Source: an uncultured delta proteobacterium
GTDB taxonomy: Bacteria; Desulfobacterota; Binatia; UBA9968
DNA: 64,000 bases
NCBI GenBank assembly: GCA_963737905.1
Contig: CAVTUQ010000027.1
Span: forward strand, 1 to 64,000
Direction: 5' to 3'
Shown: positions 20,910 through 28,894 of the stretch, piece by piece
Numbering within the stretch: position 1 is the first letter of the stretch
Layout of the letters: each line of letters begins with the position of its first letter
Made by a program: the position numbers and the translations under genes
The notes under the pieces: generated by a model
The model's input: only the letters and a program-made list of their open reading frames with translations
The model's database searches: none
Told to the model about the DNA's origin: nothing

Positions 20910-21953
20910 ATGGGGAAACAATTCTCTGATATGTCGCTTGGCACTCTGCGGTTAGCCCTTAGCATTCTTGCCGCCACGTTCTTCGCTCTTTGCTCCCTGC
21001 TCCTCGCTTCATGCTCTACAGTCGCCGCACAGCAGCCGAAGAAAGTCTCGCGGATAGGGTATCTATCAAATGCCGATCCAGCTACTGAGTCCACCCGTTC
21101 CGAGGCAATTCAGCAAGCTCTGCGCAAGCTTGGCTACATAGAAGGACAGAACATCGCCACCGAGTACCGATATCTGGAGGGGAAGAATGAGCGGGCTCCT
21201 GAGCTTCTGGCCGAGCTGGTGCGTCTCAAGGTTGATATCATCGTGGCAGCAGGAGGGCGCATTCCGGTCCGCGCGGCCATGAATGCGACCAAGACGATTC
21301 CCATCGTTATGATGGGCGCTGGGCTCGACCCTGTCGAGGCAGGCGTAGTGGAAAGCCTTGCCCGTCCCGGCGGAAACGTCACCGGAATTACAAACCTTAC
21401 CGGAGAACTGGGCGGCAAGCGGCTGGAGCTGCTCAAAGAAGCCGTTCCCAAACTTGCCCGTATCGCGGTTCTGACCGATCCGGCCACTCCGGTCAATGTA
21501 CACGAGGTGAAAGAAGTTCTCCCAGTCGCGGCGCGCGCGCTGAAGTTGACTATTCAGCCGTGGGAGGTACGAGATTCGGACGGTTTCGAGAAGGTATTCG
21601 CTGCGCTGAGTAAGGAGCGCCCGGATGGACTCTACGTGCCTGGGAGCCCGCTAATGGGTGCTAACCGAAAACGGATCGTGGGCTTTGCGTTAAAGAGCCG
21701 GATACCGTCGATGTACAGCCTCAGAGGATATGTAGAGGCCGGCGGGCTCATGTCCTACGGGGCGGACCTCGCGGACAGCTACCGGCGCGTCGTATATTTC
21801 GTGGACAGAATCCTGAAGGGTGCCAAGCCTGCTGATCTGCCGGTGGAGCAACCGACTAAGTTTGAGCTGGTGATAAATCTAAAGACGGCGAAGCAGATCG
21901 GCGTGACAATTCCGCCGAACGTGCTGGCGCGGGCGGATAGAGTCATTCGGTGA
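20910..21953 (+). CDS. ABC_sub_bind SBP copy 14 (subfamily C)
   Basis: Intact, L2 leader in frame. Confidence 0.93.
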   Translation: MGKQFSDMSLGTLRLALSILAATFFALCSLLLASCSTVAAQQPKKVSRIGYLSNADPATESTRSEAIQQALRKLGYIEGQNIATEYRYLEGKNERAPELLAELVRLKVDIIVAAGGRIPVRAAMNATKTIPIVMMGAGLDPVEAGVVESLARPGGNVTGITNLTGELGGKRLELLKEAVPKLARIAVLTDPATPVNVHEVKEVLPVAARALKLTIQPWEVRDSDGFEKVFAALSKERPDGLYVPGSPLMGANRKRIVGFALKSRIPSMYSLRGYVEAGGLMSYGADLADSYRRVVYFVDRILKGAKPADLPVEQPTKFELVINLKTAKQIGVTIPPNVLARADRVIR

Positions 21954-21999
21954 AGAGAATGCAACAGTAGGGATTTCAAGTCGCCGTGCCGATCCACTG

Positions 22000-22350
22000 C
22001 TAACCGACAAACCCGTCCACCGGGATCAAGCGTTTGCCGACGGGATCGACGGCGAGGAAAAGACTTTCGAGAGCGACGGCGCCGAGCAAGGCTGGACCCT
22101 CCGGCGCAATAAAGCATGGAGTCGTGATTGCATCGCCATTCAGAGCCAACCGTGCTTCGGCTATGGGCCAGACCTCTCGCTGTCCGCCCGCGATCACGAC
22201 GCGTTGGGAGCGAGTGGCTTTCAGCTCAAGCCTTTCCGCTAGCGATCGTGGCACCACGCTAAGCGTAGCGCCAGTGTCCACAAGAAGCTCAACTTCTTCA
22301 ACACGTCCCGTCGGACCGGTCAGATGGCCCTTTACGTGGAACAGTCCCAT
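22000..22350 (-). CDS. Clan AA (retropepsin-like) aspartyl protease, AF_0612-like
   Basis: LVDTGAT catalytic motif and ALLGAVALE. Confidence 0.88.
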   Translation of the reverse strand: MGLFHVKGHLTGPTGRVEEVELLVDTGATLSVVPRSLAERLELKATRSQRVVIAGGQREVWPIAEARLALNGDAITTPCFIAPEGPALLGAVALESLFLAVDPVGKRLIPVDGFVG

Positions 22351-22430
22351 ATCCAAAGCCTGCTCAAAAACATGGCCATTGTAGCGCAGCCAACAAACAA
22401 CGCAACAACACTGACAGAGGGAAAATCATG

Positions 22431-22455
22431 GTGAGCGGACAAGGTCGTCAAATGA
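22431..22455 (+). repeat. Orphan SBP 3' tail after the protease cargo
   Basis: gtgagcggacaaggtcgtcaaatga = ..ADKVVK*. Confidence 0.7.
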
Positions 22456-22640
22456 TTTTCGATTGAGGAGTAAAGAATGAATAGAAGATCTTGGGTGCGA
22501 TGGCTGGATTCTTTTTCCGACAATCGGAAACCTGTCCTGCCTTCGATAAACTCGGGCCCCGAGCCTGTCGAGGGGAGCCACAGCGAAGGATCGGAAACCT
22601 GTCCTGGGCGAAGCCGAAGGATCGAAAATCCAAAATTTAA
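22454..22640. repeat. Terminal empty L1 leader with nested REP-like insertions
   Basis: gattttcgatt ... ccgacaatcggaaa[insert]atcgaaaatccaaaat; no SBP body follows. Confidence 0.7.
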
Positions 22641-22789
22641 GCGAAGGTGCGGAATTCTCGATTCTGAGGGGCTGGATTAGCACGAGGCGGGGAATTTCCC
22701 TCGGTCGGCTCACTTGCTTCTACATTGACATTAGCTGGAATTTCTAATATTTTTGAAGAAAATCTTGCATTTACGGGTGCTTAACTTTT

Positions 22790-22975
22790 ATGGAAGAAGT
22801 CACTGGTTGGCATAACTTTTTGGAGATCTTGACCAAACCGGACAATATCCCGATTGTTGCGATGCTTATTCTCGTCGTTTTCTTTACCTGGGTGGGGCTG
22901 CGCGAGGCCTTCAAGCACGACAAGCTCATCGAAGAGGGTAAAGAGGACGAGATCCCCAATGAAATGTGGAAATAG
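22790..22975 (+). CDS. Small single-TM membrane protein (KPDNIPIV motif)
   Basis: Hydrophobic helix; abuts the TPR gene. Confidence 0.7.
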   Translation: MEEVTGWHNFLEILTKPDNIPIVAMLILVVFFTWVGLREAFKHDKLIEEGKEDEIPNEMWK

Positions 22976-23803
22976 GTGATGCTGAGAGGTTGGCTGGTGT
23001 TATTAGCCGTCCTCGCGGGCATAGGGGTTTCTTTCGCTGCTGATCCAAGCTCTCCTTTAATCAACGACCATCGGTGGCAGGAAGCACGAAAATCTTTAGC
23101 GGACGGTAAGGCGGCCGAGGCAAGGGCGGCTTTCGAAGAACTGCTAAAGCAATACCCCCAAGAAGCGGATCTTCATCTCTTCCTGGGGATTTCATTGCTG
23201 CGATTGCGCGAACCTCACGCCGCTGAAGCCGCCGTCAAAAAAGCCCTGAGCATTGACCCGAATCATGTCGAGGCCAGAACACTGCTGGGCTGGATCGATT
23301 CAGAAATCCGTGGGGACTTTGACGCGGCGATCAAAGAATATTCAAGAGTGGTGGAGTTGCGCCCTGATTTGCCTGAAGCTTATAACAATCTCGGCGTGGC
23401 CCAAAAGCGGAAGGGAGATTTAGCGAAGGCGGCGGAGAGCTTTGGCAAGGCGCTGAAGCTCAAGCCCGATTACAGCGCAGCCATCAGCAATCGTGGCTGG
23501 GTTCTCGCGGAACAGGACCAATGGAGCGATGCGCGCCGGGAATTCGAGAGAGCGCTAAAAATAAATTCCGGTGACGATGGCGCGCTTTACGGGTTATCCC
23601 AAGCATTGCGCGAGGAGCGGGATTATGCGGGCGCGCAAAAAGTCTTGAGCCAGCTGATCGCGCGGTCGCCCAATTTTGTTTACTGGCTCGAGTGGGGACG
23701 GATCGGATTAATCCGCTACTGGTGGGTATTGCTATTAACTGCCATAATGTTGTTTCTGAAGGGACGTTTCAAGAAAGCGAGGAGCCAATCTAATGGCGGA
23801 TGA
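22976..23803 (+). CDS. TPR repeat protein
   Basis: Repeats such as EAYNNLGVA; signal peptide and C-terminal TM. Confidence 0.88.
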   Translation: MMLRGWLVLLAVLAGIGVSFAADPSSPLINDHRWQEARKSLADGKAAEARAAFEELLKQYPQEADLHLFLGISLLRLREPHAAEAAVKKALSIDPNHVEARTLLGWIDSEIRGDFDAAIKEYSRVVELRPDLPEAYNNLGVAQKRKGDLAKAAESFGKALKLKPDYSAAISNRGWVLAEQDQWSDARREFERALKINSGDDGALYGLSQALREERDYAGAQKVLSQLIARSPNFVYWLEWGRIGLIRYWWVLLLTAIMLFLKGRFKKARSQSNGG

Positions 23804-24347
23804 AACGACAAAAAAGCCCCGCAAAGGAACGGCGCTCTTGGCGGTGATGGACGAGAACTGCTCGAGCTGCGCCGGTTCGCCGATATGCGAAGCCCATTGT
23901 CCGGTGGATGATTGCATCAATCTGGTCTACGAAGAGCTGCCCCAAGGAGGGCTCAAGCCCTATCGCGTGTTTGTGGACAACGACAAGTGCATCGGGTGCC
24001 AAATGTGCTACAGCGATGATCTCACGAAAATCCATCAGCACAAAGAGACCGGCGCGATCTACTACGAATACGCGAACCGGTTCTATGACAGTAATAAAGA
24101 GCCCGTCCCGCCCGATGCGATGCCAAAGAAAATCCAACTTCAGCTGATCGGGACTGAGTCCGAAGATCGACTGGACAAGAAAATCTGCCCGTGGGACGCC
24201 ATCAAGATGTACGAATTCGAGGACGGCCTCGAAGTTTCGGAGTTTTTTTATAACAAGGCGAAGATTAAACAGGTCAACGGCCTGTTCGTCATCGATGCAA
24301 AGGAAAAAGAACGCTTAGAAGAGAAGCAGGCAGAGTTGTTTGAATAA
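23793..24347 (+). CDS. 4Fe-4S dicluster-like protein
   Basis: CSSCAGSPICEAHCP, CIGCQMC and ICPWDAI. Confidence 0.8.
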   Translation: MADETTKKPRKGTALLAVMDENCSSCAGSPICEAHCPVDDCINLVYEELPQGGLKPYRVFVDNDKCIGCQMCYSDDLTKIHQHKETGAIYYEYANRFYDSNKEPVPPDAMPKKIQLQLIGTESEDRLDKKICPWDAIKMYEFEDGLEVSEFFYNKAKIKQVNGLFVIDAKEKERLEEKQAELFE

Positions 24348-24373
24348 TCAATTCATCGCCGGCAAGGATTAAC

Positions 24374-25843
24374 ATGGAAAACAAAGTCGAGATAACGGAG
24401 ACGGTCTTGCGTGACGCCCACCAGTCGTTGCTCGCGACTCGGATGCGTACCGAGGATATGCTGCCCATCGCGGAGAAACTGGACGATGTGGGCTATTGGT
24501 CCCTGGAGACTTGGGGCGGGGCGACGTTTGATGCCTGTCTACGATACTTGAAAGAAAGCCCGTGGGAACGTCTAAGAAAGCTGCGCGCGGCAATGCCCAA
24601 GACGCGTTTCCAAATGCTCCTGCGCGGGCAGAATGTCGTGGGTTACCACAATTATCCGGACGATATCGTGGAGGCATTTGTCCAGCGCGCCGCTGACACG
24701 GGTATCGATGTTTTTCGCATCTTCGATGCGATGAACGATGTCCGGAACATGAAGACCGCCATCGAAGCCGCGCTGAAAACAGGCAAGCTCGTCGAAGGAA
24801 CGATCTGCTATACGATCAGCCCCGTGCACTCCGTGGACTATTTTCTGCGGGTGGCCGAAAAATTGGCGGCCATGGGCGTGCAGATTATCTGCCTGAAAGA
24901 CATGGGCGGGCTACTGGCGCCTTATGTCGCCGGGGATCTGGTGGGCAAACTCAAGGCGCGAATCCCCCTGCCGCTGCACCTCCATTCTCATTGCACCGCG
25001 GGGTTGGCCCCAATGAGCTACATGATGGCCATCGAAGCCGGGGTCGATATTATCGACACGGCGCTGGCGCCACTGTCCCAGGGTACTTCCCAGCCGGCCA
25101 CCGAGCAGATGGTCGCCGCCTTGAAGGAAACTCCCCGCGATACGGGACTTAATCTCGCATTGCTGGATGATATTGCCAGCTATTTCTATGAAGTACGGCG
25201 CAAATACGCCGAGTTCGAAAGCCCGGTCAACAATCAAATCAAAACGGATGTGCTCGTGTCACAAATTCCCGGCGGGATGCTGTCGAATCTCGTCGCTCAG
25301 TTGCGCCAGCAAAATGCCGAAGACAAACTCGAGGCCGTGCTGGCTGAGATGCCCCACGTGCGCAAGGACTTGGGGTATCCGCCCTTGGTGACGCCGACGA
25401 GCCAGATTTGCGGTTCCCAGGCGGCGCTCAATGTCATGACGGGAAAGCGCTATTCCGTCGTGGCGATGGAGACGAAAAACTATGTCATGGGCCTGTATGG
25501 CGAACCACCAGGTCCGATCAGTGATGAGATCAAAAACAAAGTCCTGGGAAAGAAGCAGCCGATCACTTGCCGTCCGGCAGATCTCCTGAAGCCAGGCCTC
25601 GACCAGGCCCGGAAAGAGATCGACGGTCTCGCAACCAGCGACGAGGATATTCTTTCCTATGCGTTGTTTCCGGAAATCGCCAGGGATTATTTTCTCGCGC
25701 GGGATGGAAAGTCCGAGAAGCATGAGGCAGCGGTTTCCGATAGTTCTACTCGATGTATGAGGCTGAAGTCAACCCTGAAAGAGCATATGGCTGATAGCTT
25801 ATGGCATATAGTCTATGGTTCCAACTATAGCCATATGCTATAA
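24374..25843 (+). CDS. Pyruvate/oxaloacetate carboxyltransferase (PycB/OadA/5S-like), no biotinyl domain
   Basis: LRDAHQSLLATRM, WGGATFD, IPGGMLSN and LVTPTSQI; no AMKM. Confidence 0.9.
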   Translation: MENKVEITETVLRDAHQSLLATRMRTEDMLPIAEKLDDVGYWSLETWGGATFDACLRYLKESPWERLRKLRAAMPKTRFQMLLRGQNVVGYHNYPDDIVEAFVQRAADTGIDVFRIFDAMNDVRNMKTAIEAALKTGKLVEGTICYTISPVHSVDYFLRVAEKLAAMGVQIICLKDMGGLLAPYVAGDLVGKLKARIPLPLHLHSHCTAGLAPMSYMMAIEAGVDIIDTALAPLSQGTSQPATEQMVAALKETPRDTGLNLALLDDIASYFYEVRRKYAEFESPVNNQIKTDVLVSQIPGGMLSNLVAQLRQQNAEDKLEAVLAEMPHVRKDLGYPPLVTPTSQICGSQAALNVMTGKRYSVVAMETKNYVMGLYGEPPGPISDEIKNKVLGKKQPITCRPADLLKPGLDQARKEIDGLATSDEDILSYALFPEIARDYFLARDGKSEKHEAAVSDSSTRCMRLKSTLKEHMADSLWHIVYGSNYSHML

Positions 25844-25850
25844 GCCATAG
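25782..25850. repeat. Heptamer-periodic inverted repeat at a convergent gene junction
   Basis: catatggctgatagcttatggc ... ctatagccatatgctataagccatag. Confidence 0.7.
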
Positions 25851-25855
25851 GCCTA

Positions 25856-26746
25856 TTAGATGATTTTATTCAGCGGATACTCGATAATCCCCACTGCGCC
25901 GTTTTGAATCAGCTTCGGAATCAGATCCCGCACCACGTTTTCCGCGATTACACTCTCCACCGAGTACCACTTGACGCCCTTGAGCGCGGCGGATTGATAC
26001 AAGGTTGCAATGGTTGGGGCGGTAATGCTCGGAATCAGTTGGATGACCTTATCGAGATCGGCCTCGGGGACATTCAACTTGATGCCGACTTTGTTCTCCG
26101 CGGAAAGAGCCCCTTGAAGTAGCAGCTGGATCTGCTCGATCTTCGCTCTCTTCCAAGGGTCCTGCCAGGCTGCTTTATTGGCGATGAGTTGAGGACAAGA
26201 TTCCATCAATTCGTGGATGATTTTCAACCCGTGTGCGCGAATCGTGCTGCCGGTTTCTGTCACTTCGACGATGGCGTCGACCAATCCTTCAGCTGCTTTA
26301 GCCTCCGTCGCACCCCAGGAGAATTCCACTTCAACAGGGATCTGTCGCTCGGCAAAGTAACGCTTGGTGAAATTGACCATTTCCGTGGAAACTCTTTTGC
26401 CGCAGAGATCTTCGATTCTCTTGACGGGAGAATCTTGGGGCACTGCCAATACCCATCGCGTCGGCCGAAAACTGGTTTTGGAATAAACCATCTCACAGAC
26501 CACGTGGACATCCGACTTGTTTTCTTGAGTCCAGTCTTTGCCGGTGATGCCCGCATCCAACGTCCCGGATTCTACGTAGCGCGACATCTCTTGAGGGCGA
26601 GCCAAACTACAGCGTATCGTCTCGTCATCGATCGATGGAAAATAGCTGCGGCTTGTGGTCGAGATTTTCCAACCGGACTTCTTGAAGATCTCAATGGTCA
26701 TCTCTTCGAGACTGCCCTTGGGGATCCCAAGCTTTAGTTCGCTCAC
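25856..26746 (-). CDS. hisG: ATP phosphoribosyltransferase
   Basis: [14 protein letters not shown] and [11 protein letters not shown]; start overlaps the hisI stop. Confidence 0.95.
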   Translation of the reverse strand: MSELKLGIPKGSLEEMTIEIFKKSGWKISTTSRSYFPSIDDETIRCSLARPQEMSRYVESGTLDAGITGKDWTQENKSDVHVVCEMVYSKTSFRPTRWVLAVPQDSPVKRIEDLCGKRVSTEMVNFTKRYFAERQIPVEVEFSWGATEAKAAEGLVDAIVEVTETGSTIRAHGLKIIHELMESCPQLIANKAAWQDPWKRAKIEQIQLLLQGALSAENKVGIKLNVPEADLDKVIQLIPSITAPTIATLYQSAALKGVKWYSVESVIAENVVRDLIPKLIQNGAVGIIEYPLNKII

Positions 26747-27120
26747 TTTTTGTAAACCTCCTTGGGATCGAAGACTCGTTTGGCGATAGTCTTCCAATTG
26801 CCGTTAGATTTTTTGCGATAAAAGCAGCTGCGAAATCCTTCGTGACAAGCGGCGCCGCCGATCTGCCGCACTTGAAGTAGCAGGGTATCGTTGTCGCAAT
26901 CGATGAAAGCGTCTTTCACTTCCTGAAAATTGCCCGACTCCTCGCCCTTTTGCCACAGGCCCTTGCGGGAGCGGCTATAATAGTGGGCTCGGCCGGTTTT
27001 TTTGGTTTTTTCCCAAGCCTGTTTGTTCATGTAGGCGACCATCAAAACTTCGCGGGACCGATAGTCCTGGACAATGACCGGGACAAGGCCGTCGCCTTTC
27101 TCGAAATCGATTTTTTGCAT
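26743..27120 (-). CDS. hisI: Phosphoribosyl-AMP cyclohydrolase
   Basis: [15 protein letters not shown] and [10 protein letters not shown]. Confidence 0.95.
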   Translation of the reverse strand: MQKIDFEKGDGLVPVIVQDYRSREVLMVAYMNKQAWEKTKKTGRAHYYSRSRKGLWQKGEESGNFQEVKDAFIDCDNDTLLLQVRQIGGAACHEGFRSCFYRKKSNGNWKTIAKRVFDPKEVYKK

Positions 27121-27212
27121 AACACCCGAATTCCTCAGAGGAATTCTAAAGTAAATTGAGTTAACATACCTCCAACGTGGATTCAATACAGACCACAGTG
27201 AGTGAGGTTAGG

Positions 27213-27926
27213 TTAAAATTTTATTCGTCCTTTTTGGAGTACGGGAATGGCCATTATCTTTTCCGGCGGTAGCATGTCCCAATAGATCCCTTTCGGTCTC
27301 GGCAGGGCTGATTCAATCTCGATGATTTCATTCGGCGTAACGATCGCGCTCAGCGGGATGTCGTGGTCGGTCATGGGAATTTTTTCCTCCACGATCTGCA
27401 GAGGATGAACCGAGGTTATAATGGGCGTATTCCTACCGATCTTCTTTTGTTCCGTTAAAAGCGCAAACTCCAGGTCGGAGTAGCCGCCGCCTTTGCCGAC
27501 GCGGGCGCCATTTCGGTTGACGGCTACAGAGCCGCAAATGATAAGGTCGATTTTCCCGACGTCTCCCAAATTCACGGGCCGGCCAAATTTTGCGGCGCCC
27601 TTGATCGACGAGGCGACGTAGGCCGAGCATGTGAGCTTCCTGGGATCCAACTCAATGAACGGTTTGTCGCTGTGGAGTCGAGGAACGGCCATGTAGATGA
27701 TCTTGCCTTCCTCTAAGGCCTTCTGGCGGATGGCTCTCTGCGGCGAGTCGGGATTGACCTTGAGAGTCTTTGCTTTCTTCCAAAACTTGATCTCCGACAG
27801 AACTCGTGCACAGGCTTCGGCGCCGACAAAGTTGGGAATCCGGCCTTCTGCGCCAGGAAACCGCGCAACTTTTTGTTCCTGCAGCCGCGACCAGACCTTT
27901 TGCCGTATCTCGTCCTTGCTTCTCAT
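27213..27926 (-). CDS. 5-formyltetrahydrofolate cyclo-ligase family (MTHFSD-like)
   Basis: GRIPNFVGA, KVNPDSPQ and RVGKGGGYSDLE. Confidence 0.9.
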   Translation of the reverse strand: MRSKDEIRQKVWSRLQEQKVARFPGAEGRIPNFVGAEACARVLSEIKFWKKAKTLKVNPDSPQRAIRQKALEEGKIIYMAVPRLHSDKPFIELDPRKLTCSAYVASSIKGAAKFGRPVNLGDVGKIDLIICGSVAVNRNGARVGKGGGYSDLEFALLTEQKKIGRNTPIITSVHPLQIVEEKIPMTDHDIPLSAIVTPNEIIEIESALPRPKGIYWDMLPPEKIMAIPVLQKGRIKF

Positions 27927-28012
27927 CTTGGCCGAGAATGCTTTTGGGCTTTCCATACTTTCCTATATCTTTTCTTGCGGCTTTTGCTCAAGACGTTGTA
28001 AGATTGACTGCA

Positions 28013-28342
28013 ATGCAGGAATTTATCGTCGTTTATGTCACCGCCGGATCCCCAGCCGAAGGAGATCGTTTGGCGCGGGCTCTCGTGGAGGAACGGCTTG
28101 CGGCCTGTGTTAATCGCATTGCGCCCGTGCAATCGGTTTATCGTTGGGAAGGCAAGCTTGAACAGAGCGAAGAGCAACTTTTGATCATCAAAACCCAAAG
28201 GCATCTTTTTGCCGCTCTGGAGAAGCGGGTGCGCGAGCTGCACAGCTATTCTGTGCCCGAAATCATTGCGTTGCCGATCATCGACGGGAGTCAAGACTAT
28301 TTCCGTTGGTTGAGCGACCAGACGAGCGGCGGCGCGGCTTAG
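28013..28342 (+). CDS. cutA: Divalent cation tolerance protein
   Basis: LVEERLAACVN, SVYRWEG and HSYSVPEII. Confidence 0.95.
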   Translation: MQEFIVVYVTAGSPAEGDRLARALVEERLAACVNRIAPVQSVYRWEGKLEQSEEQLLIIKTQRHLFAALEKRVRELHSYSVPEIIALPIIDGSQDYFRWLSDQTSGGAA

Positions 28343-28353
28343 CGTGAGCGGCC

Positions 28354-28785
28354 ATGCGGACGGTGCGAGAAGTGTCGGCCGGCGGCGTGATCTACCGGAA
28401 GCACGCCGGTGTGATCGAGGTCGCGTTGATCCATGTGCGCCATCGCTGGGGACTGCCCAAAGGGCACGTTGAAAAAGGCGAGAGCATCAACGAGACGGCG
28501 GTCCGGGAGGTGCGGGAAGAGACCGGCTTGGAAGGTCGAGTGCGAAAGAGGCTCGGCGACATTCGCTACTCCTACCGCGACAAGCGGAGTGGTCGGGAGC
28601 CGATCCGGATTTACAAACGGGTTTACTTTTATCTTTTGCGCTATTTACGAGGCAATGTGCGCGACCATGACCATGAAGTAGATGAGGCTCGTTGGTTCCC
28701 CATCGAAGAGGCGATCCATACTCTCAAGTTCGCCACGGAACGAAGGATGGTGCAAAGAGCGCTTGGCCTTGCTTACCGCTCGTGA
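28354..28785 (+). CDS. NUDIX hydrolase
   Basis: Nudix box [22 protein letters not shown]. Confidence 0.93.
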   Translation: MRTVREVSAGGVIYRKHAGVIEVALIHVRHRWGLPKGHVEKGESINETAVREVREETGLEGRVRKRLGDIRYSYRDKRSGREPIRIYKRVYFYLLRYLRGNVRDHDHEVDEARWFPIEEAIHTLKFATERRMVQRALGLAYRS

Positions 28786-28894
28786 TACACAGCCCTCGCG
28801 GGTCGAAATCGCAAGAGAAACTTGATGCGAAAACTCAGTCGAAGTTTTAACCTTGACGCTTGTAGTTTCCGCAATGGACCGATGAAAGGGTTAA

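Noticed and set aside
2639-21503. Recurrent minus-strand ORFs (..PPGRARL..)
   Set aside because: They are antisense shadows of the conserved SBP coding sequence.
2552-22640. Classical integron or CALIN
   Set aside because: No intI, and the junctions lack RYYYAAC..GTTRRRY attC boxes; the comparison is only an analogy.
5583-22640. CRISPR array
   Set aside because: Repeats are degenerate heptamer tracts about 1 kb apart, without fixed repeat-spacer units or cas genes.
25720-25843. Extra C-terminal domain on the carboxyltransferase
   Set aside because: The tail runs through a heptamer repeat and has no recognisable motif.
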